DNA from: Oikopleura dioica
Lineage: Eukaryota > Animalia > Chordata
Length of the DNA stretch: 64,000 nucleotides
Assembly (NCBI GenBank): GCA_907165135.1
Contig: OU015567.1
Span: 9,176,001 to 9,240,000, forward strand
Reading direction: 5' to 3'
The first letter of the stretch is position 1, and every line of letters begins with the position of its first letter. Both the position numbers and the translations under genes were made by a program. Of the stretch, positions 49,101 through 61,783 are shown piece after piece. The notes below the pieces were generated by a model. It was not told the DNA's origin. It saw only the letters and a list, made by a program, of their open reading frames with translations, and did no database searches.

Positions 49101-52100
49101 GTCGAGGAGCTGTTCAGTTTTCTGTCGCAAGTCCGTCTCTAGTCGAGTTTTAAGAGCCCACAAGTTTTCTCGGGCCTTAGTTTCGGAGTCAAGCTTGATA
49201 AGAGTCTCGTGGATCTTCTCCTCGAGATTCTGCTTGTTCAAGGACAAATTCGAGCATTTCTCCTCGAGAGACTGAAGATCAGCGTTGATGAGTTCCTGCT
49301 CAGAAAGGTTCTTTTCTTTCTCCATGTTCATCTTGACCATAGATTCCTTGAATTGCTGGATATCTTCCTCCAAATTCGACATCTGTTTTTCAAGCTGCTT
49401 GCGCTCGCCCTTCATTCGCTCGACAATCTCAGTTTGCTTTTTCAGGTCCTCTTGGAGGCCAGCAATCGTGTTTTTGAGATTATCTCGCTCTTCCTGCATT
49501 TCTTCGACCATATTTGTGTTTCCTTCAAAGTTTTCCTTCATTTCAGAGATCTTTTGCTCCATGATGAGTTTTGCTTCCTGGAGCTTTTCAGCTCTGAATT
49601 CAGCTTCGTCAAGAACATCTTGAATAGTGTCGAGTTCAGCTCTGAGATCGTTTCGCTCGTTGGTGATTTTTCCAAGTTTCTTTTGAAGCTCTTCTCTCTG
49701 CGCGGTTTCCTTTTCGAGAGCCTCCTTATTTTTCTTATAGTCCTCAGCCATCTCCTTCATTTCCTTAGCATTGTCGTGCTGCTCGACCAGTGGTTTGATC
49801 TTGTAGATGATGTCCATCCACTTGTCGGTCTTCAAGCGCATGAATGATCTCCAGTTAGCCTGGATAACTTCAGCTGCGTCTCGCTCCTTTCTGATTTTCT
49901 GGAACTTTGCCTTCGCAAGTTTGGCTCGCATATAAGTCTGAAGTGCAGTCAAAATCGCAGAGATCTTGTCGTCACGCCAATCTTCAAGCATACCGATCAT
50001 ACCGGCCTTGAAGAAAAGTTTGGTGTGGCCAAATCGGTACTTTTCTGGGAAGCTGGCATCGATGCCTTCCCATGTTTTAGTGGCAAGAACACCCATGAGG
50101 TCCTCGCAGACTTTCTTTGGATCAGGAGTTCGTTCGGGAACAACGTTGGGGTCGAGGATTCGATATCGCTGACGGAAGTCCTCGTAGATAACTCGCGATG
50201 GGAAACCTTTACGGCAGATACGAATACCTTCCAAGACACCGTTACATCGAAGCTGATGGAGAACAAGGTTGTTGTCCATATCTCCAGGGCATTTTCGCTC
50301 GTTGGGAATAATACATCGGACAAAGTGAGGATCAGTGGATCGAAGATTGACCATCAATCGGTTAAGACCTTCGCGATGAATGGAAGAAACAGTCTGGAAA
50401 GAACCACCCTTCTTTCGCTTGCCACCTTTTTTAGCACCACCAGTATTCTTGGCAGCATCTTCGGGGGATTCATAGGACTCCCAGATAGCACGGACAGTAG
50501 GTTCTTTGGATGACTTGTAGAGAGCAACAACAGAGTTGTTCAATGGATCCTTGTTCTTCAAGAGCCAGTCAGTAATATTGTAACCAACGGTACCAGCGTA
50601 ATGGCAAAGTTCAAAGTGCGCTTCGAACTTTCTTTTAACACCAGGTCGAGGCTTGATCAAGTTCTTGGACTTGCCCAAATGCTGCTTCATGAGTTTCTGG
50701 AGGAATGTCTGGTCGGTTGCCTTGGGGACGATACATTCTTCTTCAAGCATGGACATGATGCCCATCGGCTTTTCAATAAGATTGATACAAGCTTCCAAAT
50801 CCATACCAAAATCGATGAAAACCCAGTCGATTCCTTCTCGCTTGTACTCTTCCTGTTCGAGGATGAACATATGGTGGTTGAAGAACTGCTGGAGTTTCTC
50901 GTTTGTGTAGTTGATGCAAAGCTGCTCGAAGGAGTTGAGATCGAAAATTTCGAAACCAGCAATATCAAGAAGACCGATGAAATACGCTCGGGGGTTGTCG
51001 TTTCCAAGAGCTCGGTTGACAACAGCAACGAGCCAAAGGAAAAGTCGCTCGAAGCAGGCTTTGATCAAAGCACCCTGGGCAAAGATGACTTGTGGCACTG
51101 TCTGACCTTTGACGACGTACTCGTTGCCGACCTTGACCTTGGGCGAGCAAAGAGCTTTGTTGTATTCGGGTCCAGAAATACCGAGAAGGAAACCGGCGTT
51201 GTTAGCAGCTTCTTCTCCGTCGGCCTCGGCCTGTTCCTCTCTTGGCTTCTGCTTGAACTCCATGTTTCCGGAGTACATGAGACCACCAATAATTTTATAA
51301 ATGGCATCTTTTTCCGACTTGTCGAAACCGAGAATATCGAAAGACTCATCGGTGGCGGCAAGTTCTTCTTTGTCGTCAATAGATTTGACGGTGACCTCTC
51401 CCATTGAAGCAATCTTGAATTCTCTTGGGTCAAGTCCGATCATAGTCATTTCATTGATATCTGGGCGACCACCGGAGCAGATTTGGTAGAAAATGTGGTA
51501 GTTACGCTCGACAGATTGCTGGAAAACGACTCGGGATTTTTCGAGAAGGTAAGTGTCAATGTCACCAGAAGCAAGTCGACCAGTGTTGCCGAAATGAATT
51601 CGAATGAATTTACCGAAACGGGAGGAGTTATCGTTACGGATGGTCTTGGCGTTACCAAAGGCTTCCATGGCTGGGTTAGCAGCGACAATCTGATCTTCAA
51701 GAGTTCCGCCTCCTTTGAGTTCAACTTTCTCGGCACCAGGACCGCCTGAAGCAGCGACAGCGGCAAAGTACTGGATGACTCGCTTCGTGTTGACAGTTTT
51801 ACCAGCACCGGACTCACCAGTGATCAGCATGGACTGATTCTTTCTGTTGATCAACATGTCGCTGTAAGCATTGTCGGCAACGGACCACAAATGAGGAGGC
51901 ATTTCCGTCTTTCTTTTTCCACGATAGCATGGGACGACATAATCAGCATACACGGGGAGCATTTTGTAGGGGTTGACGGTGACACAGAAAAGACCCGAAT
52001 AAGTGTAAATGAGGAAGAGCTTGTATCGCTCGCCCAAATTATAAACAACTGAAGCCTCTGACAAATAGGTCAAATTGGCCATATCTTCTCCAAGTTCATA

Positions 52101-52400
52101 TTTTGGAGGGTTCTGTGGCTCGATGTTCTCTTCTTTGACTTCCTTTTTGTCCCCTCAAGAGTTTGCTAGGTACATTTTTTAAAATTTATCTTTACCTCCA
52201 TTAATTTGAACAACTTTGCATCCATCCTTGGTCGCTTTTTCGTCAAGCAAAGTAGCTTTCACATATCCAAACTCTTTGCTAGGAACCCAAACAGCCGATC
52301 GTCCAGCAAACTCCTGAGATCTGATTTCTAGCAGTCTCTTCTCGTCCAGTCGGAGGTACTCGGCGGCTGCCCCCGCCTCATCAGGATTCCACAACGCCAT
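46109..52400 (-). CDS. Second class II striated-type myosin heavy chain (divergent rod)
   Basis: [18 protein letters not shown] start, [40 protein letters not shown], and a coiled-coil rod across about 9 short introns ending [25 protein letters not shown]. Confidence 0.96.
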
Positions 52401-52978
52401 TCTTACGAATTTTTAAACATATATGTCATCGAAAATTCAAATTTTGATGGATTCAATAAATGCGCGCATACGCACGAAGTCGTTTTATAAGAGCTTGAAA
52501 TAAGTTTATCCTACCTAGCTGCGTTTCTCTGGTCTCCCTCTGGCGTGTTGCGCTAAAAATGGCCTCCGAAGAGGCGTTAAGATCATGCTTTGACTCACCA
52601 ACTGACACCTTATCCCGCCAGAGCTACCTAACCGATAACGATTAATTATATGCAGCCGGAAATTTAGAAAAAATTTCCACTCCAATCATTTCATTCATCA
52701 ATTGCGCATGATGTATCAATTTTATAAGCTCAGAATCATTAAATTTTGAAAGGGCGGGTCGAAACTTGCCTAAGGGGCGAGCTCAAGAAAGTACTGGAAA
52801 ATTTGAGTAATCATTATATCATGTTAAATTTCAACTATTTCCTGTTAATTAGGAGGGTAGTTCTTATCAGCATGTCATCTCTAATATCATAAGCAAAAAT
52901 TCATTTTTGAGAAATAAAAAAATTTTTGGAATTATTATCTACTGAGGTTATATATTTCAGTTTTTGATGTGCTGTCAC

Positions 52979-53051
52979 GGGGGTGTAGCTCAAATGGTAG
53001 AGCGCTCGCTTAGCATGCGAGAGGTACCGGGATCGATACCCGGCATCTCCA
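52979..53051 (+). tRNA. tRNA-Ala(AGC)
   Basis: Acceptor stem GGGGGTG/CATCTCC with G3:U70, D-arm TAGCTCAAATGGTAGAGC, anticodon stem CTCGC-TTAGCAT-GCGAG, T-arm CCGGGATCGATACCCGG, and a downstream oligo-T pol III terminator. Confidence 0.97.
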
Positions 53052-53272
53052 CATCTTTTTCTAATTTTTTTTTCTGGCGCTCGCGGCTTTCCAAATCTTC
53101 TCGCGGCCTCATTGGTCTAATTTCTATTGAACATTATTGCGCAACCATTTTGCGTCTTTCGATGGGTTTCTTTTCGTAGTTAGGTCATTTTTCTTCAATA
53201 AATTGCAAAGAGGGTTAATTTTTTTGAGTACAAGATCGTTTTTTAGAAGAGAGAAGCAAGAAGACTTTAAAA

Positions 53273-53954
53273 ATGGGATACAAATGGTTTTTCGAAACGG
53301 AAATTCGCGAAATGCCGAAGAAAGAAATGATCGGAAGATCTGGCAGTCTTGAGAGATTATTCAAAGATGGTCCGACGAATCTTTATGCTCCTCAAGATTA
53401 CTACTGTCTTTTCGTCTTCTGCCCCCTCGCCGTGGTTGGTTTTGGTGCCACCTTGTGGTCTCTTCAAAAGGGTCTTTCGAGTAAGTTTTCTAATGCAATA
53501 TTTTGATAAGTTATCATTTATTCAATTTGAATAAGAATTTGTTTACTCTATTTTGATAGTCATCGAGGTTTTTTTATCGAATCTGATAAATCTATTGTTA
53601 TTTTTAAAATGACATTTAGACATGCACGTGATCAAGTATTCCCACATGCGACCCACATTTCAAAGTGCTTGTTTCATCGGCCTCATTGGCTACGGCTTCA
53701 ACTCTTGGGAGCTTTACCGTGAACTGACTCCGGCAGAGTTCAACCAGCGAGTGTCCAACAGAAGAGAGCTGGAAGCAAAGTGGAGCAAGTGGCACCAAGA
53801 AAACAACCAAGAAGAAACCAAATGGTAAGCCACTTCAAGGAAAAATTAACTATTACACTTTCTTAGGGACAATCGAGGCCTTGCAATCGGATCCGTCAGC
53901 GCCGCAGTTGCTGACAAAATTGAAGCCGATGAAGCCAAAGCCCGACAAGCTTGA
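53273..53954 (+). CDS. HIG1 domain family (HIGD1/Rcf1-like) mitochondrial inner-membrane protein
   Basis: Three exons. Two TM helices, FVFCPLAVVGFGATLWSL and YSHMRPTFQSACFIGLIGYG, resemble the HIG1 P..v.G / HMRxxxQ pattern. Confidence 0.6.
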
Positions 53955-54347
53955 AAAACTCAAGCCAAATTGAAACAATTCGAAAAAGCAAGAAATTCAT
54001 CAAACGCAAAAGTCCTGATTTTACTCTGTTGAAATCTGCCAGTCGGATTCCAATCTGTACAAAACGAAAACAATACAGAATTATTTAATTACAGTCTCTC
54101 TTCAATTTGACTCGTCTTCCAGCCGTAAAAGTCCTCCAGTAACGGTAAACCCTACGCTTCAATCTCTAAGTTCACGGAGCATCACGAGAAAAACGACATT
54201 TTATCCTTTTCTTTACGATTTTTGTCTTTCGAAATCTCACACGGGTCACGTGCGTATCATTTGTTTATAGCACCTCATCTCATTTTATAAAGATGACAAG
54301 ATTGCAAGAGTAAACTTCTATTCAACTCTCCGAGAGAAAACAAGAAC

Positions 54348-56250
54348 ATGAGAGCCTTGCAGGTCCTTTTTGGGTTAATACCTTTCTTGTATGCGAAAAG
54401 ACCAAACATAGTGTTCATTCTAACAGATGATCTCGACGTAGCGATGGGCGGTATGGTAAGCGACTAGAATTTTAGGGAACAAAGGGTGACCTTCCATTCA
54501 ATTGAAGACGCCGCTAGAAAAGACTCGAAGATTGCTCGGCGAAGCCGGTGCGACCTTTTCAAATGCTTTTGCTTCAACTCCAATTTGCTGCCCGAGCAGA
54601 AGTACAATCTTATCAGGCCGTTATCAGCACAACACAAAGGTCTTGAACAATACTGTCGATGGAAATTGCTCCTCCCAAGCCTGGCAGGATAATATTGAAC
54701 CAAGTACAATTGGCGCAAGATTACAGCCGCTTGGATACAAAACCTTCTACGCTGGAAAATATTTGAATATGTATGGGCTCAAGAGAAGTCCTGGAGGAGT
54801 AGGGCATGTTCCGAAGGGATGGGATAGCTGGAATGCCTTGGTTGGAAATTCTAGGTAATTGAGAAGTTCAACCATCGATTCTTCATCGATTTGATTGTTT
54901 CAGATATTATAATTACTCGATTTCCCGAAATGGCAAAGAAGAGAAGCACGGCGACGACTTCAATAAAGACTATCTTACCAACTTGGTTGCCAACGACTCC
55001 GTTGCTTTTATTAATTCCATGAAGGCCGACACACCATTTTTTATGATAGTAGCTCCACCAGCTCCTCATGAGCCTTGGGACTCGGATCCTAAGTACGCTG
55101 ATCTTTATCAAAACCTCACTGCTCCGAGAGACAACCAACAGTGGAATATTCATCGGGCAGATGCTCATTGGGTCGTAAGAAACGTTCCCAATCCAATGTC
55201 GGAAACATCGACAAAGTGGTCCGACAACGCGTACAGATCACGCTGGAGGAAAGGGTTCAGTTTTTACATATTTTCAATTTCTTTTCTATAAAAACTCAAC
55301 TCAAAGATGTCTCAAATCCGTCGACGATTTGGTGGAGTCAATCATGAATGCGTTGAATGAAACTCAAATGCTCGATGACACCTACATAATGTTCTCCTCT
55401 GACCACGGCTACCACACTGGACAATTCTCACTTCCGTACGACAAACGTCAACCATACGAGTTCGACCTTCGAATTCCATTGCTCATTCGAGGGCCGAATG
55501 TCAAGGCCTTGGTTTTTTTTTACTTTTCTGTCTTTCGAATGATTATCAATCAAAAACCTTGTCAAGCCTAATTCTACGATTCCCTATCCAGTCAGCACTG
55601 TTGATTTTGCTCCGACTATCCTCGACTTGGCAAATCAGAATTCGAAGAAACTTCGATTCGAGGATACGAATTTTGATGGTGAAAGCTTCAAGACGCTCCT
55701 AAATGGTTCTGTTGACACGAGTTGGCGCCAAAACCTTCTGATTGAATATCATGGCGAAGGGTTGAACGACCCAGCAACTGTTTACAACTGCCCTGGTCTT
55801 GGTCCTGGAGTTTCGGTTAGTTTTGACGTGTTGAATTTATGAAAACACTCTTTAGGAGTGCGTACCGGATTGTGTCTGCGATGATGCTTCCAATAACACT
55901 TTTGCTTGTGTTCGAAGACAAATTTACTCAGAAAATCTTAACCTTACTGACGATCTTGTTTATTGCGAATTTGTCGACAAAGAAAACTTCATCGAAGTTT
56001 ACAACTTGATTGAAGATCCTGCACAGCTTAAAAATTTGAGAGGAACGCTGGATCCCACGATGCTTGAGGATTTAAATATGCAGGTATCGAGAGTTTTTTT
56101 TTTAACCGAGATTGCATATATTTTTAGCTTATTGAATTATCAAGTTGCACTGGCGAAGAATGTTCAACCCTTGATGTTCCTCCCTTTCGAGTCGACTTTG
56201 ACCGAACTCATGAAAAAGAAGAAACAATTCAAAACGATCATATTTTCTAA
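54348..56250 (+). CDS. GNS: N-acetylglucosamine-6-sulfatase (lysosomal sulfatase)
   Basis: Signal peptide, [11 protein letters not shown], formylglycine motif [89 protein letters not shown]. Confidence 0.92.
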
Positions 56251-56469
56251 TTTTTATCTGTCTATATAAATTTATGCTGAAATTGCTGCCCTCAAACAAT
56301 AAACAAGCAAGGACACAAGTAAAAATGAATGTAAGAGACTCTGAGTCATTGTCAATGACTCATTAGTTTTCCCTTTTTTGCTTCAATCAGATTCGCTACT
56401 TTTCAAATAGGAAAAAGCAAATAGGTTTCGTTTTTCAGAAATAAATCTCACTTTTTGAGCTTTGCGAGA

Positions 56470-57786
56470 ATGAGTTTTGTACTTGACGAGGGCGAAACAG
56501 TATTTATCAAGAGACAATCCAAACCACGGCCAGTTCCGATGTTCCAGGTATCAAAATAAAGATATCAGGGCGTATTCAAAGCCTAGGTTGGAAAATTTCT
56601 TGGACGCGGAGGATACGGCGCGGTCTATGAAGCTTTGAACCTTGAAGCGAATAATGAAGATGATCAAAAAGTCGTGTTGAAATTTGAACGCGCTGACGCG
56701 GAGAACCCACAGAAATTGGTAAAATTATCAAAATTTTTAACACAAATGATTGTTACTATCAGCAACTTATTTACTTTAAAAATGATAACCAAGATAAGCT
56801 CGAAATTGAGTTCAAAGTTTACTCAAGACTTCACCGATGTGGATCTCAAAAACCGACGAATTTCGCGAAGTTTCATCGCTTTGGGAGCGAAATTCAATTG
56901 AATTGCAGAGATGTTTCACGTTTTGGTGAAAGATCCGAGCCTAGACAACAAACTTTTAATATCTTAGGAAAAGATGATTACTAATCATTTTATTTATTTT
57001 AAATAAACACTGCGTTCATCTTTTTATAGCGCTTGAAAAATTAGGACCTGATCTGGAAAGAATTCTTCGACACGCCAAAGAAATAAACTTCTGCAGTTTG
57101 AACAACCACTCAAATAGACAATACAACAAGGGATTGAGTTTTTCGACCGTCGTCAACACTGGGAAGCAAATCATTAATGCGCTAGAATATCTTCACTCAA
57201 AGGACCTGCTCCACAGAGATATCAAACCGCAGAATATTCTTGCTGGACGTGGTGATCGAAAAGGAACTATTATAATCGTTGATTTCGGAATGTCAAAGCG
57301 TTACCAGAACGAGGTAATATAAAGAGCTACTTTGGTAAATTAATTTAAATTATCAAGATTGGTGTGATGGAAGACGAGCGCGATTGCCGCGTAGGAACCG
57401 AGCACTACAAATCAATCAACATCACAGGTCCAGTGGGAGACATCAGCTCAGCTTCACTAAGAGACGACTGCATTTCAGCATTTTATGTCTTGCTCGAACT
57501 CTACTGCGGAAAACTACCTTGGGACCACCTCGAGCGACATCAAAGAGAAGAATTGTACAACGCAAAAGTTGATTACCTTGATGAGGAAAAATGGAATGCC
57601 CGGTTTCCAGAACTACTGCCGTTTTGGTCGATTTTAAACGAACTTCACAAGCTTGATTTTGCCGGAAAGCCACAATACAGTACGATCAAGCAAATTTTAG
57701 ACGAAATGAAAAACCATCGATACTACCGCCCAGCTGAATATTTGGACTGGCTCATCGAGGAGAATGGATTCGACGTTCTCTGGTAG
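56470..57786 (+). CDS. Divergent casein kinase 1 family Ser/Thr kinase
   Basis: [42 protein letters not shown] (CK1 SIN in place of APE), SLRDD, GKLPW. Confidence 0.88.
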
Positions 57787-58148
57787 TCAGAAATGATCTC
57801 ACTGCTTTAGCCTTTTTCGCTTTCATAAAAAATTAAAAAGAGAAAAAAATGAAACAAGGTTTTTTATTCATTTGAGTTGAGTTGAACTTGGCAGGCCCTA
57901 ACAGCAAAAAAAAAATGATGCTAATTTTCGAGATATTAATCTCTTTTTCGTACAGAAAAATGAAGCAGCTGGATATCTGGCGGAATGCTTGAACTCATGT
58001 GTAGTACTTCCATTTGCTGCTAAAAAGTTTGAATCAACGATTTTCACGGAGAATTCTTTGTGAGACCAACAAATAAATACCGAGACATGTATTTACCTGT
58101 TGGTGTTCACGAGCTACTTTTTGTTTCTAAAATTGCAAGCAAGGCAGG

Positions 58149-58983
58149 CTAGCAGTACTCGGAATTTTGAAGCGGTTGTCCGGAAATGTAAGGACCGGCA
58201 TCAAATCGGCCGCCATCATCGTCACCATCGCTTCCTAGAGAGCCAAGGATCATTGCCGCCCCAGCCAGAATTTTGACGACCATATCGACCCATCCTAATT
58301 TTTCGTTATTATCTTTTTTTTCAATTCAGAGGCATTACCTATTATGAGACAAGGTCCGTAGATATAATGAATACCACTATCTGATCTCATCATACTGCCA
58401 TCGAAGTTTTGATATACAGTAACAGCGTAGTAATTGATACCGATTGCTACAAGTATCCCGGAAATGACTATAAGTCCTCCTGACACGACTCCGATCTTTG
58501 AAGAGAGTATTATCCTTGATTAACATAAGTAAACAAACCTTTCCCTTCATAGATTCTTCTCCATGGCTTGATTCTCCTAATTTCGTGCACTCAAGGCCGA
58601 CAATGCCCAAAAGCGCGCTAAAGACAAGCTGCAATCAAGGAAGAGAAACCAAAAACTTACGCAATCAGACTCAGAGCGCAAGCAGTAATCAGTGTGCCCT
58701 TCGCTAGTTGAACCTCTGTCGAAAGTGTGAGAAAGAATCGTTTCTCTTTTTCGCAGTTCCAAAGGGCTCCGATTCTATCACATTCGTACCAAAGGCCGAC
58801 GAATTTCTGTTGGGTCTCGATTTGCTTGCCGTAAGGATCGTCTCTTTTCCACATTGGAAGAACTTATAATTACGTTTTATTATTTCTTATGCTCATATTC
58901 AGATTACCTATTGCAAGAATCGTCAAAACAAAACCAATGACATTGAGAAAATATGCCACGATTTGTAGGCCCGAGTTCGCCAT
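58149..58983 (-). CDS. Claudin family tetraspan protein
   Basis: MANSGLQIVAYFLNVIG, PMWK, signature GLWYEC...C, VGLECTKL, YIYGPCLIIGW, four TM helices and a C-terminal EYC. Confidence 0.92.
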
Positions 58984-59792
58984 TATTTAAATTTGCACGT
59001 TACGTGGAACTGTTTTTTAGAATTTTCAAAATCTTGACAATTTCCCTTTGATGTTTTCTCTATAACTTGTAGTGGAATTAAGGTGCTCAACACCACCGTG
59101 TCGGTGGTCCGCGCCATGGCGAACCCCTGCAGGCGAAGTTGCAGAATGATTCAGACTGGAGTATCAGAACATTCACACTCTTGGTGGAGTATTTTATTAG
59201 TCATCACGGTGCTTGATTCACAGACAAAAATCAGAAAAGAGTTTTGTAGTTATTCGTTTTACTTTCATACTATGATTATCTTTCTCCATACCGAGCTGAA
59301 AGATACGGCATCTGATTCTATGATTTAATGTTCCATAAGGATAAGAGGTATGGAAAACTCCTTGGACTGAGTAAAAAAGGACCGCGAGTTTGAAAAAATT
59401 CATTTTGTTTTTTATGATATATTTCATTGCCAGCTCTGTTTTATATATTCTCTCTCGCCCTCAGATAATCCTGGAAATAAAATATATACGATGCACTGAC
59501 AGATGCGATGGCTGTCTAAGGCGGACTCTCTTGACGTCTAGGAAGTATTACATATAATATGTAACATTTCCTTTTTTGTGAGGGGTATGAAAAGAACATC
59601 TTTTATTGAAGTTTTTAAAATTGATTGTTAGTAAAAGAATATTAAATTATTATTAAAAATTGCGCTTATTTGTACGGATAGGCAAAGGGCAGTAGAATTA
59701 ACAGTTTGAGAGTAACAATATTAAGAGAGGTGAGTTTTATCATTTTACTTTCCAATATAAATATTAAATAAGATATTTATAATATGAAGTAT

Positions 59793-60966
59793 TTACAGAA
59801 AAAGAGATAGAACGATGATTGCCGAACAAGTCATTGCCAGCGCATTGCTTCCTTCAGGTTCCGGTTCAGGGTCAGTCTTTGTATCAGCTTCGTCAGTTTC
59901 GTTTGAGCCTGGTTTCTTTGTTTCGGGCTCAGGCTCCGTATTTGGATCGGTCTCGTTTTCAGATTCTTCTGCTGCAGATTCTTTTTCTGCAGGATCATCA
60001 GCCTCTGTTGCATCGCCTTCTTGTACTTCCTCTTCCGGTGGCATGTTGGCTGTCGCAGCAGCAGTGATTTCATCCTTTATAAAATTTCAATGCAACCAGA
60101 TTTTTATTATATTCTCTGCACCTGTTTGCTCCTCAAAGCTTCTTCAATTTGAAGTCTGTAATCCGTACATGTCTTGCAACAGATTTTGCCAAGAGTTGTG
60201 CACTTTGCTGCGATGTCGTCTTCCTCCATCTCATTGCAAAAATCATGTTGGTTCACGCAATCTAAGATATTTTACTTCAAAGCCTTTGTCAAAATTAATA
60301 ATAGTACCATCAGATGGTGGCAAGCATTTCCACTCGATTACAGTGTCATTAGCATCCTTCCATTCCATTTGATCGGGACAAGTTAACGATCCATCAACCT
60401 TTTTAGGGTTAAATTAACGATTCGTAATGAAAAACTTTCAAAATTTTTAACCCATCCTGAGTTTCCGCTTTTCCTATTTCTTCCGTGATCATCATATCAT
60501 CTCCGTCAATCTTAATCCATTCAATTATAAACGTTACGCATTTCTTCTTTGCTCACGTTAGTTTGCTTTGTAACATATAACGAAGGATGAACTTTTCCAT
60601 CACTGCGCTCCCAATTCATCGAGACCAGGTTTCCGGAGTTGGTTGAGTCGCCAACGGATCTGTAAAGCGGAACTTCATCGATTCCGATTTTGATCGTCCC
60701 ACTTGACTAGAAATAAAATTGAATCTTTGAAATTTTCATTAGTCAAAAAAACGTGCAAAGCTGAAAAGGTTAATTTCTTGCATCTGAGCGCGAGCTATCT
60801 TCTAATCCCATTTACCCATTATCCGATTATTCTATCTCCCCTGGCTTACGTCATAGGTGCGTCCGTTCCATTCAGCCTGGTGACAGCAATTCAGAATTCT
60901 AGCTTCCGCGCTTCTCTCGCTAGCTAACAGCAAAAACAAAGGATGAATAATTTCCTTAACGACCAT
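59793..60966 (-). CDS. GPI-anchored surface protein with a PLAC/ShK-like Cys domain and an acidic stalk
   Basis: Signal MVVKEIIHPLFLLLAS. Exon DCVNQHDFCNEM...KCTTLGKICCKTC, an E/P/T-rich stalk, and the C-terminal GPI signal GSNALAMTCSAIIVLSLFL. Confidence 0.7.
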
Positions 60967-61148
60967 GGCAAGGGGATATAGTAGTGAGCATGCGGAATTC
61001 CATTTCGCGAGCGATTTGGACCGCCACAGACTTTACGCCCAGAGGGCATGTTCTTTCATCCCTTTTTTATCTGAACGGTAGACTTGATTTTCCATGAAAT
61101 GAAATTTATCACGTAACTCGATCGTCTCAACCATGCTCGTTTTTTTAA

Positions 61149-61486
61149 GGACCCCCCCGTCAACAAATTTCCTCAAAAAATGGAAAATTTCTAAAAAGCC
61201 ATATTTTGGCTTCGAAGTGTTCCTGGAAGACCAGTTTACCAAAAAAACTTGTTCGGAGCACTTTTTTACCAAGAAAAATCTGAAATTTTAGCAAAATTTG
61301 GACTTTTTCGCCATTTTCCCTCAAAAAGTCCGATTTTCAAACGCGATTTTGAGGGTGTTAGAGTCGAGATAGACCCCCAAAAAATGCAGCCTCAAAATCG
61401 TTTTTTGACCTGTAGAATCCATTTCCGGGGTCAAAATTTTGAAATTCCAAAAATGGATTTTTCGAAAATTGTTGACGGGGGGGTCC
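61149..61486. mobile_element. Non-autonomous TIR element (MITE) flanked by TTAA
   Basis: TTAA|GGACCCCCCCGTCAACAA (61145-61166) is the perfect reverse complement of TTGTTGACGGGGGGGTCC|TTAA (61469-61490). The interior is AT-rich and non-coding. Confidence 0.85.
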
Positions 61487-61783
61487 TTAATTCAACGTTT
61501 GCTTTTTAAAAGATCATTTTAGCTAAAGTGCTAGTATCAAAAAACTTCGGCAAACGTTGATAAGTAAGGCGTACGCTCGTGACCGCGGAAAACCATAATT
61601 GGTATTTTATGAATTCAGATTCTCGCGCGAATTTTTGGTGGTAATTCGTCGAAGAATTCTAGTTAAACACATCTCTTTCATTAGTTTCAACGAATATTAC
61701 CTATTTTATCTCTCTTGTTTTATTTTTGCATTCGTTAGTGTTTCAGTAATCATGTCTTCTTGGAGTTGATGCGCAATAAAAGA

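Noticed and set aside
52964-53179. 71-aa ORF
   Set aside because: It overlaps the tRNA-Ala gene and is a spurious translation.
59050-59427. Small secreted peptide gene (MNFFKLAVLFYSVQG)
   Set aside because: A signal-like start and a GT donor are present, but I could not build a convincing spliced ORF.
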